From Takakia lepidozioides (taxonomy: Eukaryota; Plantae; Bryophyta), in NCBI GenBank assembly GCA_030704615.1, contig CM060732.1:20336001-20400000 (forward strand): a DNA stretch of 64,000 nucleotides. The letters run 5' to 3'. The notes below the pieces were generated by a model that saw only the letters and a program-made list of their open reading frames with translations, ran no database searches and was not told the origin of the DNA. Positions 1-12,551 of the stretch are shown piece after piece (positions within the stretch are counted from its first letter, which is position 1; the number at the start of each line of letters is the position of its first letter). The position numbers were made by a program, and so were the translations under genes.

Positions 1-289
1 CACAAGCAGGCAGGTGGTACCTCCGCCATCACTACCTTTGTTCCCTTGTGCAGCAAAAAAACAAACAAATGAGACAGTGAATCTTCCCTCATCTCTAAGC
101 CACCGCCATCGCCTTAAAGAGCCCGCAGAGGCGGCGCTCACAAGAGCCTTAAACACTCCAGGGATTGGCAGCTCATGGTATCTGTAGCACGAGCACCATC
201 GCCACCTCCAAGCCGCCATCGCGCACACTTTTGCAGCGCAAAAAGAAAGACATTAGGGTTGCGCAGGGCTTTTACCCTGTCCGGCTCAT

Positions 290-680
290 CATTCATCCTT
301 CTTATGATGAAAAATATCCGCCAGCCCATACGCCCGACGGACGTTGTCCGTTTCTCATTCGCAGAAGATGAAAAACATCGTGTGTTCATCCTGTCTTGAA
401 CTCGACGGATGCAGTCCATTTTTCATCTAGGTTAGATGAAAAACATCGGGGTTTTTTTTTAATTTTATTTATACATGTCTTGTCCCGTATTTAGGTCCTG
501 CCAGATAACGACCTTTTTTCATCCAGGTTGGATTGAAAAAATATAAATGACGGGAGTTTTGCAATCAGTATATTCCGGGTTGATGTCCGGATGAAGCAAA
601 AACCTCACAGGTATTAATGAAGAAATGTCTCACTAGGGAAAAATGGATGTATTCTGGATGAAAAACATCTAAATTCCCTG
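290..680. repeat. Dispersed GATGAAAAA(C/T)ATC motif cluster in both orientations; probably the subterminal/internal motif of another transposon
   Basis: About 6-7 copies: gatgaaaaatatcc (~306), gatgaaaaacatcg (~367), tttttcatcta-ggt-tagatgaaaaa hairpin (~420-443), ttttttcatcc (~514), ggatgaaaaacatc (~656). Confidence 0.5.
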
Positions 681-1019
681 CAACCCAATTTTTCAATTTC
701 TTCAATGATGGAAGTTGGGACAACAATTCCATAAACCCAGTTTCCAGAGGGAGAGAGAGGGACAAAGAGAGACAAAGAGAGGGAGTGAGAGGGAGAGATC
801 AGGAAACAAAAAAAACAAAAAAAATGTGGGGGGGGGAGTGACTGAGCAGGTGGTGTGAGCAGCTGCTGTTGCTGCTCAGTCCCCCCCCCCACCTTTTTCT
901 TTTCTCTTTGTTGCCCCCTCTCGAGACCCCCAGCACTTGCTGCTCCCAGCCCCCGACATGCTTGGTTTTTTTTGTTTATGATTTGGAATGTAGAGGTTGT
1001 TTCCTAATGAGGCCAACTT

Positions 1020-2145
1020 GTGGGTTTGCATGACAGGTGCCAGCTTATGGGGAAAGAGAAGAAGTCCCCTGCCCCAAAGAAAGGGGCGGACAATCCGTTT
1101 GCTTTGTCGGCACGTGTGACGCGCCAGGGCGTTTCACAGTTTACCAGCTCCGTCGACAGCCGCAGCTGGAGGGCTCGTCTGCCTCCCGAGGCCAGTACCC
1201 CCCCTCTTGTCCCCATCTTGGATGCGCCACGGGCCGGCTCAGCCAGCTCTCCTATTCGGGAGGTTGTTGCTGAGCCGGATGCTCAGTTGAGCACACCCCC
1301 GGCCACCAAGACGGGTGAAATGTACCTTGGCAAGCACATCACCCGTTCGGGGGCCCGGTATAGGCAACTTTTGGATGTCACCCCCATAGCGACCCCTTCC
1401 TCCGCAGCAAAGGCTGCACTTGCCAAGGCCCAACGTCAGGTTCAAGGGCCTTTGAAAGTGGTCGTTGCTAGCCCAATGTTGTCGATGAGGGGGGAGGACA
1501 CGAGGAGGGCCAATGAAGTGGCCGAGATAGCGAAGCGCCTTGAAGTAGTCAAGCCGGGTGAGGGCTTCTACCCTGCTACACATTTTTTTTTTTTGGGGGG
1601 GGGAGGAGGAGGTATGGGCCGGTTTGGAGCGGCCTAGCCGATCAGCGACGCCGCCCCCTAAGCCTGAGCGGTCAGCAAAGAAGGGCCTGGACTACGGGGC
1701 GCCGCCGCCGGCTATGCTCCACATCTGGAATCTATTTCCAGTGGCGCTGAAGGAGGCTACAAAGAAGGGAGAAGGTGGGAAGAAGAACATGGCCTTGGCG
1801 ATAGAGGACGTGGAGTTGGCAAAGATCGTGGTGCCACTGGTGGAGGTGAATCACCATGGTGACCCCTGCGGTGCGTTCTGGGAGGCTATGAAGAAGCCAG
1901 CCTTCGAACTCGCAATGAGGTGGTTCCCTTTGCACATTGAGTGGGCTGATCAGCACTTTGGCGCGAAGCGGGCGTATGCTCGTGAGTAGACCGCCGGTTT
2001 CCGGGCAATTGGAGTGACACAAGGGCGATGGAGATGGTGGGGCGAAACTTATTCAAAGGACAAGAGGTACCGTGCTAGACAGATCATTCGGAGGGCAATG
2101 GAAAAGGGGGCCATACCCAAACCACCTTATGGAATTACATAGGTT
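1020..2145 (+). pseudogene. Disrupted coding fragment of unknown function, probably transposon-derived
   Basis: Overlapping ORFs 1020-1637 and 1558-1989 are separated by a T/G homopolymer tract. The protein-like frame continues past the stop at 1989 (AGFRAIGVTQGRWRWWG...). No family recognised. Confidence 0.3.
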
Positions 2146-4229
2146 GGCAAATCCTGAATCATTTCACCTTCCATTTGTTGCATGTGTATTAATGAGGTGG
2201 ATTCGATGCAATGTATGTGTGTAATTCACTAATTGTTGGGGGGGGGGAGGGGGTGCATAGGTATCGTGGGATGCACTCATTGCGGGAGAGAATGATGCGG
2301 CAAACAAGGCCAAATTTGAGCGGGCACGCGAAGCAACAACAGTCCACCTTGACAAGCACGAATCCACACACAAGTGGGGCGCCGACGGATCCAAGGGTTT
2401 TATCTTGCGATTTGTAAGTCGTACTTCCCTATGTATTTTATTATGTCTTCTTTCTGGCTCCATCATCGTGAAGAACTAACTTTAATTTGTGGCATGTGTA
2501 GCAACGCGCGTTTGAGAGGAATGGCAATCCCTCATAACTGGATTTTAAGTAAATCTAGACTTTCCAAAGTCCAGGAATAACATATTTATTTATTTATTTA
2601 AATTGAATAAAAATTCAATATGAAAACAAATTTAAATGATTTTATTAAGTTTATTGTAGTAGATGTTTAGTAAATATTGTTGTTCTCAGAGAATCCATAC
2701 CCTGATCACATCCCTAATATGAGTTGAAATCCTAGTTTTCTACAGTTTCACGGGCAGCACGGGAGACATCCTGTCAATCACAGTTGCTTCATTTTTTTAA
2801 TATTAGCCTACAAAAAAATGCCAAACATTGTCATTCCAGAAGTACAGGAGAATTATGACTGTTGCCCCAAGTTCGACATCTCCACTGAGGCAAGGGAGAT
2901 CTCCCGATCTATGATTAGAACATAGTAAGATAGAAAGACATCCCGTCGAGATACGTCCCAAAATGTCCAGAGTAATTTATTAGAGCATCACCAAACCAAA
3001 TTTGTACAGCCATTGAGGTCCCTGGCTATGGGCACTAATCAACCATCACCATCCCATAGGACCCAAAACCATAGTCTTCGACGCAAACCAATACTGAACA
3101 TAGTCTCTATAAAAGCCAATTCAATCGAACAGTTCGGCTCCAATGCATCAGCCCTTCGACAAGATTGTTTATCTCTGTCTATCATCGTCCTCGAGTCTTA
3201 GACCGGTTCCTCAAGAGCGTCATCCATAAAATAAGAACCACCTAGCGGATTCCAAGGTCACAGGCAAGGCCGTGAACTGATTATTCTTCATTCATTTAAG
3301 TCATAGCTCCACGCACAAAACACATGCGGACCAGGACAGACGGGAGGTCTCCCCTCCCAATTAGCGTTACACATCAGGCATAGTCAAATTAAATTGAGGG
3401 GTTAACATGCACAAGATACAATAACCCACCAAAGCCATAAGAGAATGAGGGGTCTGACAGGAACAAGCACAAATAGAAAGGCAAAGAGGACGGGAGGTCT
3501 CCCATCCTTACTCACGCTCTCTAGTCTAAAAGAGTCTGACGGGTGTGATGACGAAACCAAAACATGCACATAGTCAGGTAGGGGAGATCTCCCGTGGTGA
3601 TACCTCTCATATCAACATGTGTAATGAATTCCAAAACCAAACAAAGTGAACACAGAGCACAGCCATGGTATCCATCGCTCTAGACATGAAATGAATTAAA
3701 AATAATGAACCATTTGGATTCATAATTGCGCTTAGTGAATAGCGTCATTGTCAATGTACATTATTTACAATATCCCAATTGGTGGAAGACTGTCACCCGA
3801 CTAGTAAGAACGGGTAGCGGATTCTACTCTCATCCCAGATCTCCCCAGATGGACATTCCGTTGCCCTGCATCTGTTTGAGGGCGTTGTGCTCGCCAGCAG
3901 ATCTCCTCCTCAGAAATACTCATATACCTCTAGAGACCCTCCTGGCCTGTTGGTGTGGTATGTCCATCCTTTTTCTTGTCGGATATTGACTTCGTACGAC
4001 GCTTGGCCTTGACTAGAACAAATAAACCAATCCATGAGACAAATCAGTATACTTTCCATATTCATGGTGCGCAGCAGGGACGGGAGACTTCCCGTGCTTA
4101 CTGACCCATTCTAACCTCTTAATCTACAACTCCAAGACACATCGGTTGACATAAAAAGAAGAAGTTGAAAGCAAAGAGGTGGGAACATACCTAAAAACAC
4201 ACAAGGGTCAGTAATCCCTAGGAGGGGAT

Positions 4230-4992
4230 TTGCATATCTTGCTAGCCAAATCTAATCAGGGTGAGAGCTATCGACAGGTATCTGAACATTTGCACACTTC
4301 CAGTAATTCTCCTGAACCATGTACTCTTGAACTGTCAAAGATAACATCATGCCAGAAAGGAATGGCCATAAAGCCTCAAGAAGATCCTCAACAAAAGAAT
4401 CTCATCCCTCCTTGACGATCGGCGTTAGAGTGCCATCAAAGGATCTCGGGTAAAAACCAGTGTTCAAAGGGTTCCTCAAGGCTTTGGTGGGCTCATCATC
4501 AATCAAAAGCATTTGGCCTTTTAGGCTGTAGGGCTTATAACTTCTCCCGAAGTGTTCCCAAAGACCAACAATGTCTTTAATGTAGAACGGCTGTGTTGAG
4601 GCAATGTAGGCAGGAAGCTTGGTGCAAGTATCCCGACACCAGATAAAGCAAAATTTCCTGACCATATCCTTCGGGAGAAGATATGCAAAAAGAGCCTCAA
4701 CCATATGCTGAACTCCACACGACCATATACCCACATGGTAATGGTTGAACGCAAGTTCAAGAAATTTCAGAAGACCCAGACGAGGAACGACATTGTCCCA
4801 ATCGTAGCGAATTTTGGCATGAGGGAAATGTTCAAGGAACCTCTGTGATCCAACAGGCTTGGGTTTATAGCACAATAAACCAACAACACTCAGAATGATT
4901 AACTTTTTTTGACCTCCAGAGGAGGCCGTCACTCGTGTCTTCCGGCACAAGAGATTTGCTGCCGCGCTCGCTCGAAAATGGTCATGATCCAT
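4230..4992 (-). pseudogene. FCP1/NIF-like (HAD CTD-phosphatase-like) domain exon, catalytic Asp motif lost, in-frame stop
   Basis: KKLIILSVVGLLC...PRLGLLKFLELAFNHYHVGIWS...FCFIWCRDTC...KDIVGLW...MLLIDDEPTKALRNPLNTG follows the plant NIF-domain pattern. Acceptor ttgacag precedes 4992. TGA at 4402-4404, with the frame continuing (DSFVEDLLEALWPFL). Confidence 0.75.
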
Positions 4993-5040
4993 CTGTCAAG
5001 ATTCGACGGTTAGCTTTGGATGTGACCATCGGGAGCTATA

Positions 5041-5106
5041 GAGGTTTGCTATTTCATGAGCATGAGCGGCATGAGCGGCATGAGCGGCATGAGCGGCATG
5101 AGCAGA
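5041..5106 (+). repeat. Left TIR with (CATGAGCGG)n subrepeats
   Basis: gaggtttgctatttcatgag followed by 4-5 catgagcgg units; mirrored at 19235-19308 and repeated at 34616. Confidence 0.9.
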
Positions 5107-5315
5107 GTAGTAACACAATCGGTTTTCATGAGCAGAAGTACAAATTTCGAAAATAAAAAACAATAAAAAACAATAAAAAACAATAATTTAATGCAATGTG
5201 TCAGAAAAAACAAATATATTATTCGGCCCCTTGAAGGGAAAATTGCACTTTTGACAGTTGTGCTCATGATATTTTGTCTTCCGCTCATGCCAATTCCTAG
5301 CGACATGTGCAAATA

Positions 5316-5670
5316 TGGCGCCGAATTTCGCGGTAATAGGGTCCGTAACCTGAAAAAACGGCGACGTATTTCGCGGCAATAGGTCTCTCTGGCGAAAAAT
5401 GGTGCCGAATTCCGCGGCTATAGGTCCCCTCATGACAGGTAATTCGGCGCCATTTTTCCAGTGCATGTTCGGACTTAGCCAGTTTTCGGCCCAAAAAAGA
5501 GAAATTCGGCGCCATTTTTCCAGACACGGTACCAGTGCATGTTGGGACTTAGCCAGTTTTCGGCCCCAAAAAGAGAAATTCGGCGCCATTTTCCCAAACA
5601 CAGGTACCAGTGCATGTTGGGACTTAGCGAGTTTTCGGCCCCAAAAAGAGAAATTCGGCGCCATTTTTCC
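5316..5670. repeat. Left subterminal array of AATTCGGCGCC(A/G) half-palindromes including ~73-bp tandem units
   Basis: Three near-identical copies of ccagtgcatgttgggacttagccagttttcggccccaaaaagagaaattcggcgccattttt. Confidence 0.85.
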
Positions 5671-5828
5671 AGAAATGGCCCCAGAACTGCTTCTGTTGGA
5701 TCTCAGTTTGAATGGAATATTGCCTCATTCCAGGAGTTTTGGGGTGCATTTCATTACACTGCAAAAAAGAAGTCTGATACAGCAAAATGCATTTGAAAAT
5801 ATCCATATGGAGGATTCCGTTTGCCCCA

Positions 5829-8800
5829 TCAATGATTTCTGGAATCCCTAAGAAGGAGTTTGTGCAGCTCGTTCACGCTCAACGCCGGTGCATGAATAAA
5901 GTCATCAATAGTCACGTTCATCCTCAACCTCTTCAGGTAAATGTAATACAGATGCTTGCACGGATAATACTTCGAACCCTTCTTTGCTTCCATCAACGAG
6001 AAGTCCGTACAGTTGCAAGTCGGCTCCACTCCAATCGTAATTGTGTATACATCGTCGCGTACAGCCGAGCCGGCCGTTGCCATCCGATACACACGCCCAA
6101 GGCCGGGTGGGGGTACGTCCACGGAGCTCTGAATAGTGCAAGCCATCCCAAGAGCATTGGCAATCCGAGTCTCATTCAACTTGTTGGGAGGGTGTCGTCT
6201 CTTCACTCTTCCGAATCGCATTGTGGGATGTGCAGAATTGTCCAATCCGTCTCTACTGGACCGAGCAGTATGCAATGGCTGGGTCTGAGGAACCGGAAAT
6301 GCGTGGGCCGGGATGTCTGTGCGTTGCACCATTCGAAATCCTGCTGCAGATAGAGCATCCGCCTCATTCTGAGAGAGGCTGCAACCCGGTGCAACAGGCC
6401 AGACGCCCGGAGGCTCCGGCATTCCCTGAATCCCGTACTTGGGCTTGCCAAATACACAGGTCATTATGTCGTGCCTACAGAACCAAAATGTCTGCGTTGT
6501 GGCGTGAGCAAATGTGGGAGTCAAAAATCTGCCGCTGAAACAAGGTGCAGGTACAGCACCGTGTGGGTTCCTCCGAATCATCTCACCACAGCGTGCTCTC
6601 GTATCCACCCGGATGGCGCAACACTTCCCTCGAAATGCCGGCAATGTCCTCGCAATTCTCCACTGTGACTCCGACACTCTTGTCTCCACAATGGGAATGT
6701 TGTATTGCTTTACTACAGATGGCTCGTTATGTTGCCGGGGCACGCGCCCTGTGCTCAAAGGAGATGGCGATCTTGAACGTGCAGGACTTCCGGTGCTCGA
6801 CGAGACCTCCTCGGACAACATCACCGGACCACGAGGGAGCGTGCGAATATTCTTGTCAGCTCGCCATGAATCCTCTTCTCCGCCAGGTGCCTCGTCAAGT
6901 CTTCGTCTCACTGGACGGGTATGAACATCTCCTTCCAAATGTTGGCCTCTTCGCAGCAATGGCGTGTCCCGAAGGCCCTCTCGCAAGGCCGCCGCCCACT
7001 TCCGAGGATTCTTCGATCTGGAGGCAGTCCGCATCAGCATTTCCTGCCTGTCCGGCCCCAAGCCCCACTGTTTCCCTTTCAAGAACTCGTTGTACCTGCA
7101 TTGCTGCATAATTGACCTCACAATGTCCTCCGTTGTGGCAGTGAGGATGTCCACCAGATGCGCCGCAGAGGAGGCACGCCAGGAAGAGTGCACTGATTCG
7201 GCCATGTTTGTCGTGGGCATGTCGGTGTCGGAGTCGAGACACATTTCCTGCACAAGCACATGTTGAGGTTACAAGCAAGTTACAAATATGGCCAAGAATA
7301 ATATCCAACGGGACGCGAATTCGTGCAACTCACCTCCCGCATATAGTCGCCGAACTGGAGGAAACGATAATGCCACCATGCTAGCCAACTGACCATTGCT
7401 CCTTCGTCTGATTTCCTTACAGCACCTGACGATGTCCACCAAGCCCGTATGCATGCAAACTGTGTCTCTGCATCATCCAAGGTGGGAGCGCGCTTCCACG
7501 CAAGGCACATGGAACGGTGCTCCTCTCTGAAATCTGGCGCCACGAGCCTGGTTGTGTACTGCGAAAGGCTCTGCAGAAAGTGGAACCCACAAGATCTCTC
7601 CTTGCCTTCCATGGGAACATTGGGGTCTTGCCCGTACACCCTTCGGATGGCAGCCCAATTTGCTTGTGCGTTGTCCGCCATGAAACCACGGAAATTGGGA
7701 GGGGGCAATCCCGCCTTGGCCATCTGTTCGTTTATTCCCTGCCAAAGAAGCATCTCCGATTGTGTGTCCTCTCCTTTCATCTCACAAATAGCAATTGTCA
7801 TTAGCATCCTGCAGTGGGTGTCGTAGACATGTGCACCCATTGTCACCCACTGGTGATTTGTAATTCGCTTGATATGGTCGAACATGACCCAACTGTTTGA
7901 CAAGTTCCCACTCGTCATCCTGTCGACCAGTTCGACGCCACTGCCAGGTCCACACGTGGACATTTTGAATACGAAACAACGATCTGCCTCAGTCCCTTGT
8001 CCTGGAAACCTACTTCCATGAATGTAGTCATATCCACATCGTCGCTTCACCTCCAGAATGGAGTGCATATCCGAGCCACGCCCAATTTTCTGTTTGCAAG
8101 AGACAATGTGGTTTCGGACATTCGGTGAACATACGTGGGACACCGACTCGAGCAATGCCTCCATTTCCTTCTCGTCGAGAGGAACTCTATCCGAGCCGTC
8201 TTCCAACATAATTCTGGCCAATGCCATCTTATGGGCGGCTTGGAGCTGTATCTGTTTGGGTTTGGCACCCGGTCTCAACTTAACCTCCTCCTGAACGAGC
8301 TGCTCTGCTTCGTGGGCAGCCTCCCGCGAGTTCCCCCTCGCCAATTTGTGACAATGGGAACCAACGTGTATGCAAGCTCGGGTGAGGTCAGGGAAACGGT
8401 GCAACACATAGAACTGCTTGGCATTACAAACAGACATGCAGTGTGGTGGTTCTTTGCAATGCGCACACTTGAATGTGGAGTTCGGAACCTTCTCCTGAGC
8501 TCGAAATGGTTGGTGAGCTGTGCCTGTCCAATCGGTCTCGTTCCTGTGACCTCTGGATTTAAAGTGGAAGCAAGTTGGGGAGAAACACCGCAACGCGCCC
8601 GCACAAACAACGTAGCGCACCCGCACACCATCAAGCATCTTCATGCTGGTGGTTTTGGTAACGCACCAAGGATGACCGTCATGTTTTCTATCCATATCTG
8701 TCAACATTCCGGACGCCCTCGAGTAGTCCGCCCGAGGAGGGAACTCAAAGAAGACATTACCGTCGACGTCGGCGGGAAGGCATGTAACCGATTTAATTGC

Positions 8801-9421
8801 GAACTTGCTGTAGTCCAGCCCGGCCAGCTCCGACCGGTGTCCCTCCAGGTGAAGCCCTCGCAGAATTTCTAGAATAGATCGAACTGCGGTGCTCGTGCTG
8901 GGAATATGACTCCCTCCTCCACTGACGTCCATTGAGGACTTGCCTGATCTCCAGGACGACCTCGGAACTTCCATGACCTCGTCTGAGTCGGACAGGTTGT
9001 GAACAACCCGGTTCTCGGTCGTCTTCATGGATGGGTTCGGCTCTGGATTTACTTCGTTGCGGACTTCTCTCTTTGAGGTACCCACTCTCTGATTCGCGGA
9101 TTGTTTCGTGGAAGGCGCCAGGATAGACGGTGCATTTGGCGGGCAAATGAAGTCCCCAACAGCCCTGTATATGACGCTGTCCGATGGTGGAACTCGCCAT
9201 TCCCTGCCATCGCCGAAATCATCGTGGAGCACAACAATACTCTCGACAACAAGGCCGTTTGAGTCCTTCCTTTCCTCCTCCAAAAAAACCGACCCCGGTT
9301 TCAGGTGGTATCGAACGCACAGATATTTCTCCATCACCCGGCAGGTGTCCCCTCTGCACGGAAATGAAGCTCTATGCTCGTGAGGAGGGCAGTACACTGT
9401 AGCGCTCGGGTTTTCCGCCAT
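5829..9421 (-). CDS. MULE-type DDE transposase, 2 exons (9421-7334, 7247-5829; ~1168 aa), with GCM-like Zn domain, extra Cys cluster and C-terminal SWIM finger
   Basis: 86-bp phase-0 intron (gtgagt...gtgcag) joins YMRE|EMCLD. Catalytic WVMFDH (D ~7878), FMADNA (D ~7674), CGFH (CxxH) and TTNMAES (E ~7198). SWIM: YTITIGVEPTCNCTDF..PCKHLYY. No stops or frameshifts. The ATG at 9421 is inferred. Confidence 0.9.
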
Positions 9422-9699
9422 GGGAGATGTGCACACAAGACTGCCAGGATGGCGTGCGGGGAAGCTCCCTGGTAGAAGGGGGTGCAGCGATGGGAATGAA
9501 TGCGATGCCGATTTGTCCGAGCGACGAAGCCTGATCCAAATCCAGGGAGCCAACTATCTCAAAAATCCACAGTCAGAGTGTTAATGAACCTTGTCTCCGG
9601 AATGCGGCCCCTCGTCTTTGCGCAATAACTGCCAACGGTATGCAGTCAGAAAGTGGGGGGCCGTCCGGATGATGACGGCTGAAGGGGATAAGCCGGCAC

Positions 9700-10420
9700 C
9701 GTGCCGTCACATTACTACCCCCGAATGGAAATTCGGCACCCAACATCCAACAGAGGAAGCCCGGATGAAGTCGCCTCGGGCGCAGAGGCCGGAGTGTGTG
9801 CGACAGATAACATCTTCTGGATGGAGATTCGGCGCCGAATTTCCATCCGGTCCCCCCAAAGGGAGTCGTGTCGGGGGGTCAGGCCGAAAACTGGACGGCA
9901 TAAAAACATCCCCAGATGGAAAAACGGCGCCGAATTTCCATCCGGGGCGATTCGGATGCAGTCGGGGAGGGGGGAGTGGCCTGCAGTTGGCTGTCACATT
10001 TCAACCCCCGGACGGAAATTCGGCAACGAATATCGAACAGGGGACGCCCGGATGAAGTCGCCTGGGGCACAGAGGCCGGCCAGTGTGCGACAGAGAACAT
10101 CCCCTGGACGGCCATTCGGCGCCGAATTTCCATCCGGGCCCCCCCAAAGGAAGTGTTGTCGGCGTGTCAGAGCGAAAACTGGCCGACATAAAAACCTCCA
10201 CAGATGAGAAAACGGCGCCGAATTTCAATTCGGGGCCGTTCCAATGAAGTCGGGGAGGGGGGAGAGGTCGGAACCTGGCAGTCATATTTCAACCCCCGGG
10301 ACGGAAATTCGGCACCGAATATCCAACAGAGCGGCGGAGAGGCGGCACCTCTCCGACAGAGACCATCCCCCGGATGGAGATTCGGCGCCGAATTTCCATC
10401 CAGCAGGTAAGTGGAATCTC
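9700..10420. repeat. Degenerate ~95-100-bp repeats, each centred on the GGCGCC palindrome
   Basis: Recurrent ggatgaagtc...ggggagagg...cgacagagaacatccc..gatggaaa(ttc/aac)ggcgccgaatttcc units; homologous to the array at 37770-39470. Confidence 0.8.
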
Positions 10421-10424
10421 GGAT

Positions 10425-11030
10425 GGATGGAGATTCGGCGCCGAATTTCCATCCAGCAGGTAAGTCGGATCGGTGCCATATGGATATTCGGCGCCGAATT
10501 TCCATCCTGCAGGTAATTCGAATCGTGGATGAATGGAAATTCGGCGCCGAATTTCCATCCAGCAGGTAAGTCGGATCGGTGCCATATGGATATTCGGCGC
10601 CGAATTTCCATCCTGCAGGTAATTCGAATCGTGGATGAATGGAAATTCGGCGCCGAATTTCCATCCAGCAGGTAAGTCGGATCGGTGCCATATGGATATT
10701 CGGCGCCGAATTTCCATCCTGCAGGTAATTCGAATCGTGGATGAATGGAAATTCGGCGCCGAATTTCCATCCAGCAGGTAAGTCGGATCGGTGCCATATG
10801 GATATTCGGCGCCGAATTTCCATCCTGCAGGTAATTCGAATCGTGGATGAATGGAAATTCGGCGCCGAATTTCCATCCAGCAGGTAAGTCGGATCGGTGC
10901 CATATGGATATTCGGCGCCGAATTTCCATCCTGCAGGTAATTCGAATCGTGGATGAATGGAAATTCGGCGCCGAATTTCCATCCAGCAGGTAAGTCGGAT
11001 CAGTGCCGTATGGATATTCGGCGCCGGATT
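10425..11030. repeat. Near-perfect 106-bp tandem array (~5.7 units), two palindromes per unit
   Basis: Unit starts at 10531, 10637, 10743, 10849, 10955 (106-bp period), essentially identical. Confidence 0.95.
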
Positions 11031-11416
11031 TCACTCGCCATTTATTTCTGAGCGAGGAATTACCTTCGTGCAGGTAATTCCCATATAAGAATTACCTTCG
11101 TGCAGGTAATTCGCATACAAGAATTACCTTTGTGCAGGTAATTTCCAGATGACAATTACCTTCCTGCAGGTAATTCCAATCGATGTTTATTCCTCGTCCA
11201 GAATTACCTGCACAAAGGTAATTCTCATCTGGAAATTACCTGCACGAAGGTAATTCTTGTATGTGAATTACCTGCACGAAGGTAATTCTTATATGGGAAT
11301 TACCTGCACGGAGGTAATTCCTCGCTCAGAAATAAATGGCGAATCGAAATTCGGCGCCGAATATCCATATGGCACCGATCCGACTTACCTGCAGGATGGA
11401 AATTCGGCGCCGAATT
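10957..11416. repeat. Long palindrome (~220-bp arms, ~25-bp spacer at ~11177-11201) with 4+4 nested GAATTACC-N8-GGTAATTC mini-hairpins
   Basis: For example tcgccatttatttctgagcgaggaattacc (11035-11064) is the reverse complement of ggtaattcctcgctcagaaataaatggcga (11313-11342); pairing extends outwards to the flanking GGCGCC palindromes. Confidence 0.93.
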
Positions 11417-12330
11417 ACCTGCTTGAAGGAAATTTGGCGAACCGCCCTACCTGCGCGGATGGAAATTCGGCGCCGGATTTCCATCCGGGCGCATCCGAAT
11501 TACCTGCGCGGATGGAAATTCGGCGCCGGATTTCCATTTTGGCGCATCCGAATTACCTGCTTGAAGGAAATTTGGCGCACCGCCATCCTACGCGGATGGA
11601 AATTCGGCGCCGGATTTCCATCCGCGCGCATCCGAATTACCTGCGCGGATGGAAATTCGGCGCCGGATTTCCATCCGCGCGCATCCGAATTACCTGCGCG
11701 GATGGAAATTCGGCGCCGGATTTCCATCGGCGCATCCGAATTACCTGCTTGAAGGAAATTTGGCGCACCGCCATCCTGCGCGGATGGAAATTCGGCGCCG
11801 GATTTCCATCCGCGCGCATCCGAATTACCTGCTTGAAGGAAATTTGGCGCACCGCCATCCTACGCGGATGGAAATTCGGCGCCGGATTTCCATCCGCGCG
11901 CATCCGAATTACCTGCGCGGATGGAAATTCGGCGCCGGATTTCCATCCGCGCGCATCCGAATTACCTGCTTGAAGGAAATTTGGCGCACCGCCTGCGCGG
12001 ATGGAAATTCGGCGCCGGATTTCCATCCGGGCGCATCCGAATTACCTGCGCGGATGGAAATTCGGCGCCGGATTTCCATCCGCGCGCATCCGAATTACCT
12101 GCTTGAAGGAAATTTGGCGCACCGCCATCCTACGCGGATGGAAATTCGGCGCCGGATTTCCATCCGCGCGCATCCGAATTACCTGCGCGGATGGAAATTC
12201 GGCGCCGGATTTCCATCCGCGCGCATCCGAATTACCTGCTTGAAGGAAATTTGGCGAACCGCCCTACCTGCGCGGATGGAAATTCGGCGCCGGATTTCCA
12301 TCCGCGCGCTTCCGAATTACCTGCGTGAGG
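11400..12330. repeat. Composite tandem array (~53-bp and ~33-bp modules) of cggatggaaattcggcgccggatttccatccg
   Basis: About 15 palindrome copies interleaved with gcatccgaattacctgc and ttgaaggaaatttggcgcaccgcc modules. Confidence 0.92.
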
Positions 12331-12551
12331 GAAATTCCGGGACTGTTTTCGTCTATTTTCTTCCGACATGGAGGGCTTCATCCGACATTTAATTGCGCAG
12401 TTGGGCAATAAATGTCGACGGCCGTCGCTTATTATTCGGGCTGGCGACGCATGGCTTCCTGGACACGTACCCTAAATCTCATGCTATACTTGGCTTAACA
12501 TGGTATTCCAGGCATGTACCCCAAAAAAGGAGATCTTTTTGGCTGGGACTT

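Noticed and set aside
2420-2750. TIR/TSD defining the outer element
   Set aside because: No convincing inverted match to 27810-28050 by eye; boundaries left open.
9422-9553. N-terminal extension MAPWIWIR of the 757-aa ORF
   Set aside because: It starts at a non-ATG codon in the ORF track; the first ATG is at 9421.
9700-12330. Palindromic repeats with spacers resembling a CRISPR array
   Set aside because: Spacers are identical or homologous to one another, no cas genes are present, and the context is eukaryotic; these are tandem arrays.
9591-12392. Many overlapping ORFs (MEIRRRISI, WKFGAEFP), also at 15937-16689 and 37670-41012
   Set aside because: Translations of stop-poor repeats in several frames and on both strands; not credible genes.
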